From Jejuia sp. (GTDB lineage Bacteria > Bacteroidota > Bacteroidia > Flavobacteriales > Flavobacteriaceae), in NCBI GenBank assembly GCA_049889775.1, contig JBMHCT010000021.1, forward strand, positions 39,024 through 103,023: a DNA stretch of 64,000 bases, written 5' to 3'. Below the pieces are notes generated by a model. It saw nothing but the letters and a program-made list of their open reading frames with translations, had not been told where the DNA came from and did not search any database. Every line of letters begins with the position of its first letter. The first letter of the stretch is position 1. Below, piece after piece: positions 1 to 8,476 of the stretch. The translations under genes and the position numbers were made by a program.

Positions 1-1
1 A

Positions 2-805
2 AAAACACTGGTTGGGTTTCCAGGAACAGATTATGTGTCTTCTGAAAAAATTAGGGCCCAAATCGATAATGGTAACATAAGAGAATTAGGAAAAAATGAA
101 GGCTTGAACACCGAGGTTTTGCTGGAAATAAATCCTGACGTTGTTGTTGCTTTTGGAATTGAAGGCGGCAATCGTTCACTTGAAACCATTCAAAAATCTG
201 GAATTCCAGTAATTTTCAATGGCGACTGGGTAGAAAATTCCCCGCTAGCCAAAGCAGAATGGATAAAGTTTTTTGGTGTACTTTTTAACAAGGAAAAGAA
301 AGCAGATTCTATTTTTAATCAAATTGAAAAAGATTATCTTGAAGCAAAAGCACTTGCCAAAAAAGTAGCATCAAAACCAACCGTTTTAAGTGGAGCAATG
401 CACAGTGATATTTGGTATTTGCCAAATGGCACAAGTACTGAAGCACAACTTTTAAAAGACGCCAACGTCAACTATCTATGGGGTGACACCAAAGGTGCAG
501 GTAGCTTAAAACTAAATTTTGAATCGGTTTTTGTAAAGGCGAAAACTGCTGAAATCTGGTTAAGTCCGTCCAACTATTCAAGTTATGAGAATCTTAAAAA
601 TGGTAACGAAAATCACATACAATTTGATGCATTTCAAAATAAAAACATATTCACATTTAATAACACCATGGGTGCTACAGGTGGTGTAATGTATTATGAA
701 TTGGGCATGACCAGACCAGATTTAGTACTTAAAGATATCATCAAAATTTGTCACCCCGAATTATTAAAGGATTACTCTACTTTTTTCTTTAAACCTTTAC
801 CTTAA
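2..805 (+). CDS. Iron/cobalamin-type ABC transporter substrate-binding protein (5'-truncated by window edge)
   Basis: Frame is open from base 2 (KTLVGFPGTDYVSSEK...). Periplasmic binding protein motifs (LLEINPDVVVAF, GDWVENSPLAKAEWIKFFG). Directly upstream of a FecCD permease and ATPase. Confidence 0.85.
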   Translation, partial: KTLVGFPGTDYVSSEKIRAQIDNGNIRELGKNEGLNTEVLLEINPDVVVAFGIEGGNRSLETIQKSGIPVIFNGDWVENSPLAKAEWIKFFGVLFNKEKKADSIFNQIEKDYLEAKALAKKVASKPTVLSGAMHSDIWYLPNGTSTEAQLLKDANVNYLWGDTKGAGSLKLNFESVFVKAKTAEIWLSPSNYSSYENLKNGNENHIQFDAFQNKNIFTFNNTMGATGGVMYYELGMTRPDLVLKDIIKICHPELLKDYSTFFFKPLP

Positions 806-1837
806 TTGACACATACAAAAACATATCGCACTCAATTTATGGTTCTATTAGCCATTCTGTTGATTTGTTTCTTGGTAAATATTAGTTTAGGTTCAGTATC
901 CATTCCACTAAAAGATATTTTCAATAGCTTAATTGGAAACTCCACCGAACAAGAAACTTGGCAAACCATTATTCAAAATTATCGCTTACCCAAAGCGTTA
1001 ACGGCTATTATTGTAGGTTCAGGATTAGGGATTTCAGGGTTGTTAATGCAGACCCTATTTAGAAATCCATTAGCAGGCCCTTTTGTCTTAGGCATAAGTT
1101 CTGGGGCAAGTTTAGGTGTTGCATTAGTCTTTTTAGGATCTGGTATTTTTGGTGGTGTAATGGCGTCACTTTTCGTTTCAAAATGGGGCATTGTTATTGC
1201 AGCAAGTTTAGGGAGTTTTTTAGTGCTATTGGCAGTTTTAGCTGTATCCGTAAAAGTAAGAGATACAATGGCCATATTAATTATCGGTTTAATGTTTGCA
1301 AGCATTACCTCTGCAATTGTTAGTGTACTGTCCTATTTTGGTTCTGCAGAACAGTTACAACAATATATCTTTTGGGGGTTTGGTAGTTTAGGTAACTTGA
1401 CTTGGCAAGACATCTGGATTTTATTACTAATTTATGGACTAGGGATTTTACTATCGATAGTTTCTTTAAAATCACTAAACACTCTGCTTCTGGGTGAAAA
1501 TTATGCAAAAAGCTTAGGGCTAAATATCAAACAAAGCCGATTTACAATTATAATTGCCACAAGTTTATTAGCTGGCACTATTACTGCCTTTACAGGACCG
1601 ATTGCATTTATCGGTCTAGCAATTCCACATATTACCCGCCAAGTATTTAATACTTCAAATCATAAACTTTTATTGCCAGCGGTATTTTTGTTTGGAGCTA
1701 TCGTAATGTTAATTTGTGATAGTATATCTCAATTACCAAATTCTGATTTCATCTTACCAATAAATGTTATAACGTCGTTGGTTGGCGCCCCAGTGGTGAT
1801 TTGGCTATTAGTTAGAAAACAAAAAATGATATTTTAA
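806..1837 (+). CDS. FecCD/BtuC-family ABC transporter permease
   Basis: Hydrophobic; carries RLPKALTA, QTLFRNPLAGPFVLGISSGA and GPIAFIGLAIPH motifs typical of the family. Confidence 0.92.
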   Translation: MTHTKTYRTQFMVLLAILLICFLVNISLGSVSIPLKDIFNSLIGNSTEQETWQTIIQNYRLPKALTAIIVGSGLGISGLLMQTLFRNPLAGPFVLGISSGASLGVALVFLGSGIFGGVMASLFVSKWGIVIAASLGSFLVLLAVLAVSVKVRDTMAILIIGLMFASITSAIVSVLSYFGSAEQLQQYIFWGFGSLGNLTWQDIWILLLIYGLGILLSIVSLKSLNTLLLGENYAKSLGLNIKQSRFTIIIATSLLAGTITAFTGPIAFIGLAIPHITRQVFNTSNHKLLLPAVFLFGAIVMLICDSISQLPNSDFILPINVITSLVGAPVVIWLLVRKQKMIF

Positions 1838-1847
1838 TAGCTAGAAG

Positions 1848-2642
1848 ATGAAAGAAAAGCAAAAAAATATCGTTTTAAAAACCACCAATTTAGCCATTGG
1901 CTATAGCACTAAAGCGACCAAAACCATTGTAGCTTCAGGTATTGATATTTCTTTAAAAAAAGGAGAGCTTATTGGATTGGCAGGTGCGAATGGTATCGGA
2001 AAATCAACGCTTTTGCGGACACTTACAAAAGTTCAGGATCCATTAGAAGGTGATATTTTTATTAATGAATCCAATTTAAAAAACTATTCTTCTCTCGATT
2101 TAGCCAAGGTATTAAGTTTAGTGCTAACAGAACCAGTGGCTTCAAAAAACTTATCTGTTTTTGAGCTAGTTGCTCTCGGACGTCAACCATATACCAATTG
2201 GATTGGTAATCTTTCAAAAGAAGATATTGACATTACGAATAATGCCATTGCGCAAGTTAATATCGAGCATCTGAAATACAAAAAATGTTTTGAACTCAGT
2301 GATGGGCAATTGCAAAATGTAATGATTGCCCGAGCCTTAGCTCAGGATACGGACATCATTATTTTAGATGAACCGACGACCCATTTGGATATGTACCATA
2401 AAGCCTATATTTTGAAACTGCTTCAAAAACTAGCGAAAGAAACGGGAAAGACCATTCTATTTTCATCACACGAAATAGATTTAGCGATTCAACTTTGTGA
2501 TACTCTCATTGTAATGACTGAAAACGGAGTCGTGGCCGACCAACCATGCAATCTTATTTCCAAAGGTGTTTTTGAACAATTATTCCCAAAGGATTTGATT
2601 GCTTTTGATGAAACAACGGGGAGTTTCAGAGTGAAAAAATAA
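1848..2642 (+). CDS. Iron/cobalamin ABC transporter ATP-binding protein
   Basis: Walker A GANGIGKST, signature LSDGQ, Walker B IIILDEPT. Confidence 0.92.
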   Translation: MKEKQKNIVLKTTNLAIGYSTKATKTIVASGIDISLKKGELIGLAGANGIGKSTLLRTLTKVQDPLEGDIFINESNLKNYSSLDLAKVLSLVLTEPVASKNLSVFELVALGRQPYTNWIGNLSKEDIDITNNAIAQVNIEHLKYKKCFELSDGQLQNVMIARALAQDTDIIILDEPTTHLDMYHKAYILKLLQKLAKETGKTILFSSHEIDLAIQLCDTLIVMTENGVVADQPCNLISKGVFEQLFPKDLIAFDETTGSFRVKK

Positions 2643-2706
2643 TACTTCTTTATAACTCAAATTAATTTGTACTTTCACCTCATTTTTCAATCAGCTTATA
2701 GCATCC

Positions 2707-5121
2707 ATGAAATATATCTTATTAGCAGTTTTACTGCTTTATATTAACACATCTTTTGCCCAAACGGAAATTATCATTACAGGACAAGTTTATGACGAAT
2801 CAACCCAAGAACCACTACCATATTCTAACGTTTCAGTATTAACAAGAGATAATGATATAGTTACTGGAACAATAAGTGATGACTTTGGAGTTTTCGTTAT
2901 TAGAGGTATTGACCAAGGGGATTATACTATCAAAATTTCAAACCTTGGGAATGAAACATTTCTTAAGAATATTTTAATTGGAGAATTAAATAAAAATTAT
3001 GATTTAGGGAAAATATATCTTAAACCATCTTTAACCAATTTAGATGAAGTTACCATCACAGCACAAAAACAGGAAGTATCTAAAAACTTAGATAAAAAAA
3101 CTTTCAATTTAGATAACAATATTGCACAATCTGGGGGTTCTATTATGGATGCTATGAAAGCAATGCCCAGTGTATCTTTTGATCAAAATGGAAAAGTAAT
3201 TTTACGAGGTAGTGACAAAGTAATTGTTTTAATTGACGGGAAACAATCTAGCCTGACAGGGTTCGGGAATCAGAAGGGGCTGGATAACATTCCAGCTTCT
3301 AATATTGAAAGGATTGAAATAATCAACAATCCGTCTGCTAAATATGATGCTAATGGAATGGTGGGAATTATAAATATTGTTTACAAAAAAAACAAACAAG
3401 AAGGGGTAAACGGCAGTATTGGTTTTAATTACGGATTGGGGGCATTATCTAAACGAAGGGCTGATTTACCGACAGATTTAGGCAGCTTCTCGCCTACTCC
3501 AAAGTACATTCCTAGTTTAGATTTAAGTTATAAAAAGAATAAAATTGAGACCTTTTTCCAATCAGAAATTCTATTTCAAGAAAAATTACCCAATAATGAG
3601 TTCACAACACGTTTTTATAATAATGGAGATATAATAGCGTCGCAAGTTGCTGAAAACAGGGAACAAACACATTATATTCTTAAAGGTGGAATAAATTATA
3701 ACATTGATACCAAAAACAGTATTTCCTTTTCTGGTATTTATGATTGGGAGTCTCATGTAGATACATCACAAGTGGCCTATATTAACGAGTTAACAAAACA
3801 AAGAAATAGATATATTACTTGGAATGAAGAGGAAATCACTGGTTTTATAAATTTCATATTAAATTACAAACACAAGTTTAACCAGGCCGGTCATTACATT
3901 GAAACCAGCGTTCAATACTCTAAAGCTTGGGAAGATGAAACCTATTTTATCAATGATAGTTCTTCTGTTAGAACTAATGGAAGAGATATTACAAGCGTAT
4001 TAGGAACTGAACATACAACAAGTATTAAAGTCGACTATGTTAAACCTTTATCTTCAGGGAGATTAGAAAGTGGAGTAAAAATACAATCTAGAAACCTACC
4101 TGTTGATTATGAGCAGATTAGAGGCGATAATTCAATCTTGTATTCCGGTCTAGGAACGTTTTCAAAATGGAAAGAAGATATTTATGCTGGATATTTAGGG
4201 TGGATTCATGAAAAAGAAAAGTATAGTATAGAAGGTGGACTACGAGCTGAATATACCAATGTAAAATATAGTATTGATCCAAATAATACCTATTACAATA
4301 AAAATGATGCCTATGACTATTTTAGGCTATTCCCAAATGTTAGGGTAAGTTATAAATTCAACCCCAAAAACTCTATCTCAATATTTTACAACCAACGTGT
4401 TGACAGGCCAGGAGAGCCACAACTCAGAATATACCCAAAATCTGATGATCAAGAATTAGTTAAAGTTGGTAATCCATATTTGAGACCTCAGTTTACAAAT
4501 TCTGGTGAGATTGGTTATAAAACCAAATGGTCTTCCGGTTCCTTATATTTAGCAGGCTACTACAGAAACATTGAAGACCCGTATAGACGCGTTTTTACAG
4601 AAGATGAAACCATTACTGAATACGATGTGGTATTAAAAAGTTATGCGAATACAGGAAGGGCCACAAATACAGGTTTAGAATTGGTTTTCAATCAAAACAT
4701 AAGTGATTTTTGGAAATTATCTGGAAATATGAATATATACGAAAATAAGATTTTCGATTTCACGGGTACTTTACTTTTCCCAAATGAACATACATTTACA
4801 ATTGACAAATCGGCCGATACAGTTTTTGAAGGAAAACTTATTAATACATTTACTTTACCAAACGACTTTAGACTCCAAGTAACAGGAATTTATATTGGGC
4901 CAAGAAATATTCCTCAGGGAAAAGCCTTTGAGAGAAGCTCAATTGATTTTGGGTTGAATAAAAAATTATGGGAGAAAAAAATGGAATTTAATCTAGCTGT
5001 TACAGATATTTTTAATCGCTATGGAATTAAGGAAGAAAATGACGGTAATGGTTTTAGCTCCCTTTATCAAAACTACTTTGAAACCCAAACCATTCGTGCT
5101 GGTGTTAATTACAAATTCTAA
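2707..5121 (+). CDS. TonB-dependent outer-membrane beta-barrel receptor
   Basis: Signal peptide, N-terminal carboxypeptidase-like domain, plug motif (IERIEIINNPSAKYDANG), C-terminal aromatic NYKF. Confidence 0.85.
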   Translation: MKYILLAVLLLYINTSFAQTEIIITGQVYDESTQEPLPYSNVSVLTRDNDIVTGTISDDFGVFVIRGIDQGDYTIKISNLGNETFLKNILIGELNKNYDLGKIYLKPSLTNLDEVTITAQKQEVSKNLDKKTFNLDNNIAQSGGSIMDAMKAMPSVSFDQNGKVILRGSDKVIVLIDGKQSSLTGFGNQKGLDNIPASNIERIEIINNPSAKYDANGMVGIINIVYKKNKQEGVNGSIGFNYGLGALSKRRADLPTDLGSFSPTPKYIPSLDLSYKKNKIETFFQSEILFQEKLPNNEFTTRFYNNGDIIASQVAENREQTHYILKGGINYNIDTKNSISFSGIYDWESHVDTSQVAYINELTKQRNRYITWNEEEITGFINFILNYKHKFNQAGHYIETSVQYSKAWEDETYFINDSSSVRTNGRDITSVLGTEHTTSIKVDYVKPLSSGRLESGVKIQSRNLPVDYEQIRGDNSILYSGLGTFSKWKEDIYAGYLGWIHEKEKYSIEGGLRAEYTNVKYSIDPNNTYYNKNDAYDYFRLFPNVRVSYKFNPKNSISIFYNQRVDRPGEPQLRIYPKSDDQELVKVGNPYLRPQFTNSGEIGYKTKWSSGSLYLAGYYRNIEDPYRRVFTEDETITEYDVVLKSYANTGRATNTGLELVFNQNISDFWKLSGNMNIYENKIFDFTGTLLFPNEHTFTIDKSADTVFEGKLINTFTLPNDFRLQVTGIYIGPRNIPQGKAFERSSIDFGLNKKLWEKKMEFNLAVTDIFNRYGIKEENDGNGFSSLYQNYFETQTIRAGVNYKF

Positions 5122-5173
5122 AGTTTCTTTTTAAATCAAAAAAATTAACTTTGGATAAACATCCTAATTTTAC

Positions 5174-6493
5174 ATGAACGACAATATCATCATAATTTTG
5201 GCAGCTGTAATTTTTGCTGCAATTGGCTTTTTTTTGGGCAATTATTTTTCAAAACTGAAGAATAAGAGCGAACAAAGTAGCTTAGAAGAACGGCAAAATC
5301 AAATGCAGTTGACTATTGATGAGCTCAAACAAAATCTAAATAAAATTGAACAAGAACGTGAAGAAATACGTCGTGAAAAAGATTTTTTAAATACGGAATT
5401 AGCGAGAAAAAATTCAGAATACGAGAATCTACAAGAGCAAAACTTAAAACGCGATAAAGAACTTGAAGAACGGCAGGAGCAATTACGTAAGGATTTTGAA
5501 TTACTTGCTAATAAAATTCTCGAAGAAAAGTCGAATAAATTTACCGAACAGAATAAGGAAAATATTAAGAATATTTTAAATCCGTTACAGGAGAAAATCC
5601 AAGGCTTTGAGAAAAAGGTTGAAGCATCTCAGAAGGAAAGTATTAGTATGCATTCTGCATTAAAAGAACAGTTATTGGGATTGAAAGACCTCAACCAACA
5701 AATGACCAAGGAAGCCACTAATTTAACCCGCGCTTTGAAAGGCGACAGTAAAATGCAAGGGAATTGGGGCGAATTGGTATTGGAGAGAGTTTTGGAAAAA
5801 TCTGGCTTGGAAAAAGACCGCGAGTATTTTGTACAGCAAAGTTTCACTCGTATTGATAATTCTCGTGTTATGCCTGATGTAGTGCTACATCTTCCTGATG
5901 GTAAAAAGATGATTATTGACTCTAAAGTATCATTAACCGACTACGAGCGGATGGTAAATGCTGATGAAGACAGTAGACCGCAATTTTTGAAAGCCCATGT
6001 AAACTCTATCAGAAAACATGTAGAGCAATTGTCGGCCAAGAATTATCAAGATTTATACGATATAGAGTCTCCTGATTTTGTACTCATGTTTATACCTATT
6101 GAACCAGCTTTTGCTGTTGTTGTGAATGAAGACAACACCATTTACAACAAAGCTTTTGAAAAGAATATTGTCATCGTAACACCTGCTACTCTTTTGGCTA
6201 CACTTCGTACTATAGACACTATGTGGAATAATGAAAAGCAACAACGTAATGCCATTGAAATCGCAAGACAAGCTGGCGCACTTTATGATAAATTTGAAGG
6301 TTTGGTAAGTGATTTGACCGGTGTTGGCAAAAAGATTGATGCTGCTAAAAATGATTATTCTGCCGCTATGAACAAGTTAGTTGACGGACGTGGCAATCTC
6401 ATTACCAGTGTTGAAAAACTTAAAAAAATGGGAGCTAAAGCAAAAAAATCACTTCCTGAAGCTATTATCAAACGTGCTGAAGAGGATATATAG
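5174..6493 (+). CDS. rmuC: DNA recombination protein RmuC
   Basis: N-terminal TM helix, coiled coil, QGNWGELVLERVLE, PDVVLHLP..IIDSKVSL nuclease-like core, SPDFVLMFIPIE. Confidence 0.93.
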   Translation: MNDNIIIILAAVIFAAIGFFLGNYFSKLKNKSEQSSLEERQNQMQLTIDELKQNLNKIEQEREEIRREKDFLNTELARKNSEYENLQEQNLKRDKELEERQEQLRKDFELLANKILEEKSNKFTEQNKENIKNILNPLQEKIQGFEKKVEASQKESISMHSALKEQLLGLKDLNQQMTKEATNLTRALKGDSKMQGNWGELVLERVLEKSGLEKDREYFVQQSFTRIDNSRVMPDVVLHLPDGKKMIIDSKVSLTDYERMVNADEDSRPQFLKAHVNSIRKHVEQLSAKNYQDLYDIESPDFVLMFIPIEPAFAVVVNEDNTIYNKAFEKNIVIVTPATLLATLRTIDTMWNNEKQQRNAIEIARQAGALYDKFEGLVSDLTGVGKKIDAAKNDYSAAMNKLVDGRGNLITSVEKLKKMGAKAKKSLPEAIIKRAEEDI

Positions 6494-6502
6494 CTTTCTA
6501 AT

Positions 6503-6578
6503 TATCACATATTAATGTGATAAATTTGTTTATCATACAAATATGTGATATATTTGTTTATCACATAAATACGTGATA
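6503..6578 (+). promoter_or_regulatory. Three tandem 20-bp palindromic operators (TATCACAT-N4-ATGTGATA, 28-bp period) with two embedded TAnnTTTG -7 elements
   Basis: Copies at 6503-6522, 6531-6550 and 6559-6578. TAAATTTG at 6521-6528 and TATATTTG at 6549-6556. The array fills the rmuC-satD intergenic gap. Confidence 0.8.
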
Positions 6579-6580
6579 TC

Positions 6581-7204
6581 ATGATTACAAGTGTTATTAC
6601 TGGCGACATTATAAAATCTCGAAATCAAAATGATCCAAATATTTGGTTAGATACGCTTAAACAAACTTTATCTAATCTCAGTTCAGAAAAAAAATATTGG
6701 GATATTTATAGAGGAGATAGTTTTCAAATAGAAATAAGAGATTATCTAGCTAGTTTTATTTGTGCCGTTTATTTAAAAGCATGTATTAAATCCATAAAAG
6801 GTCTAGATGTTAGGTTAGCCATAGGAATTGGGGATAAAACTTACAATGGAGAAAAAGTATCAGAATCTACAGGCGAAGCCTTTATACTTTCGGGTGAAAC
6901 CTTGGAATCCTTAAAAAAGGAAAAACAAAATTTAAGAGTACAAACTACAAATTTTGATTTAGATCTAGAATTGAATTTATATTTTAAATTAGCTCTAATA
7001 GCTATGGATAATTGGACGGTAAATACGGCGGAGATTGTAAAATTGAGCATTGAAAACCCAGATGCATTGCAAAGTGAATTAGGGAAAATAATTGGTATAA
7101 ATCAAAACGCCGTGAGTATGCGACAAAAAAGAGCTTATTTAAGTGAAATAAATGAACTAGATTTAATGTACAGGGAAAAAATATATGACCATATAACATT
7201 ATGA
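6581..7204 (+). CDS. SatD-family protein (nucleotide-cyclase/palm-like N-terminus plus C-terminal HTH)
   Basis: ITGDIIKSR, YRGDSFQ and VRLAIGIG motifs; C-terminal QSELGKIIGINQNAVSMRQKRA HTH-like segment. Confidence 0.8.
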   Translation: MITSVITGDIIKSRNQNDPNIWLDTLKQTLSNLSSEKKYWDIYRGDSFQIEIRDYLASFICAVYLKACIKSIKGLDVRLAIGIGDKTYNGEKVSESTGEAFILSGETLESLKKEKQNLRVQTTNFDLDLELNLYFKLALIAMDNWTVNTAEIVKLSIENPDALQSELGKIIGINQNAVSMRQKRAYLSEINELDLMYREKIYDHITL

Positions 7205-7902
7205 TTTTAATAAAACTTCTACTCGCCCATATTCTAGGAGATTTCTTTTTACAACCTACCAAATGGGTAAAAGAGAATGAAAAGAAGAAATTAAAATCGC
7301 CTAAGCTCTATTTACACACTCTAATTCACATTACCATTACAGCCATATTGCTTTGGGATATAGCACTTTGGCCCGTGATTTTAATAATCGGTATGTCGCA
7401 TTTAATTATAGACGGATTAAAGTTGTCTTTTCAAAAGAAAAAAACAAAGCGCAGGTGGTTTTTTATAGATCAGGTATTGCACATTTTAATACTATTTGGA
7501 TGCTATTTCCTTATTGTAAAGAATAAAGCAAAATTCGATTTTACCATTACTGAAAATAACTTATTACTTATTACTTGTTTACTGTATTTAACAATTCCAG
7601 TATCCATAATTATGAAAACCATTTTTTCAAAGTGGAATATTTCCAAACTCACGAAAAACAATCAATCCCTAGAAGATGCTGGCAAATATATTGGTATTTT
7701 AGAGCGCGTTTTAGTGTTTATTTTCATTATTGTTAATCATTGGGAAGCCGTTGGCTTTTTAATTACAGCTAAATCTGTTTTTAGGTTTGGAGATTTAAAA
7801 GAATCTAAAACCAGACAACTCACAGAATACGTTTTAATTGGCACTTTAATTAGCTTTGGAATTGCAATACTAACTGGTATATTGTTTACCACATTAACTT
7901 AA
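7201..7902 (+). CDS. DUF3307-family membrane protein
   Basis: AHILGDFFLQ, HTLIH, HLIID and DQVLH motifs in TM helices; C-terminal GKYIGILER..AKSVFRF; ATGA overlap with satD. Confidence 0.8.
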   Translation: MILIKLLLAHILGDFFLQPTKWVKENEKKKLKSPKLYLHTLIHITITAILLWDIALWPVILIIGMSHLIIDGLKLSFQKKKTKRRWFFIDQVLHILILFGCYFLIVKNKAKFDFTITENNLLLITCLLYLTIPVSIIMKTIFSKWNISKLTKNNQSLEDAGKYIGILERVLVFIFIIVNHWEAVGFLITAKSVFRFGDLKESKTRQLTEYVLIGTLISFGIAILTGILFTTLT

Positions 7903-7906
7903 AACA

Positions 7907-8443
7907 ATGTTCAAGCACCCAACAGAATCTCAAGTTACAATTACTCAATTAATGTTGCCATCACATTCCAACTTTAGTGGAAAAATACATGGAGGACATA
8001 TTTTGAATTTGATGGATCAAATTGCATTTGCTTGTGCCTCTAAACATTCTCAGCATTATTGTGTTACTGCATCGGTAAATAGAGTAGATTTCTTAAATCC
8101 TATTGAAGTTGGTGAATTGGTTACCCTCAAGGCCTCAGTTAATTATACAGGACGAACATCCATGGTTGTTGGGCTACGGGTAGAATCTGAAAACATTCAA
8201 ACAGGTAAAGTAAAGCATTGTAATTCTTCATATTTCACTATGGTCGCCAAGGATGAGAATGGCAATAACGCTAAAGTTCCCGGAATTATTTTAGATTCTG
8301 AGCAAGCTATCAGAAGGTTTTCAAGAAGTATTGTAAGGCAACAACAAGCAAAACACCGCTCTACAAAATTTAACGCTTCGGAGTTTAAAATTGAAGAATA
8401 TTTAGATATTCTTAAAGAACATAATGCTAAAATTGATCTTTAG
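7907..8443 (+). CDS. Acyl-CoA thioesterase (hotdog fold)
   Basis: NFSGKIHGGHILNLMDQIAFACA, VDFLNPIEVGELV, TGRTSMVV. Confidence 0.9.
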   Translation: MFKHPTESQVTITQLMLPSHSNFSGKIHGGHILNLMDQIAFACASKHSQHYCVTASVNRVDFLNPIEVGELVTLKASVNYTGRTSMVVGLRVESENIQTGKVKHCNSSYFTMVAKDENGNNAKVPGIILDSEQAIRRFSRSIVRQQQAKHRSTKFNASEFKIEEYLDILKEHNAKIDL

Positions 8444-8476
8444 CTTTCGGATTCTACTATAATAAATATCAGCAAA

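Noticed and set aside
6503-6578. Possible mini-CRISPR array
   Set aside because: The 20-bp palindromes are separated by near-identical 8-bp linkers, not unique ~30-bp spacers, and no cas genes are present. It fits an operator array better.
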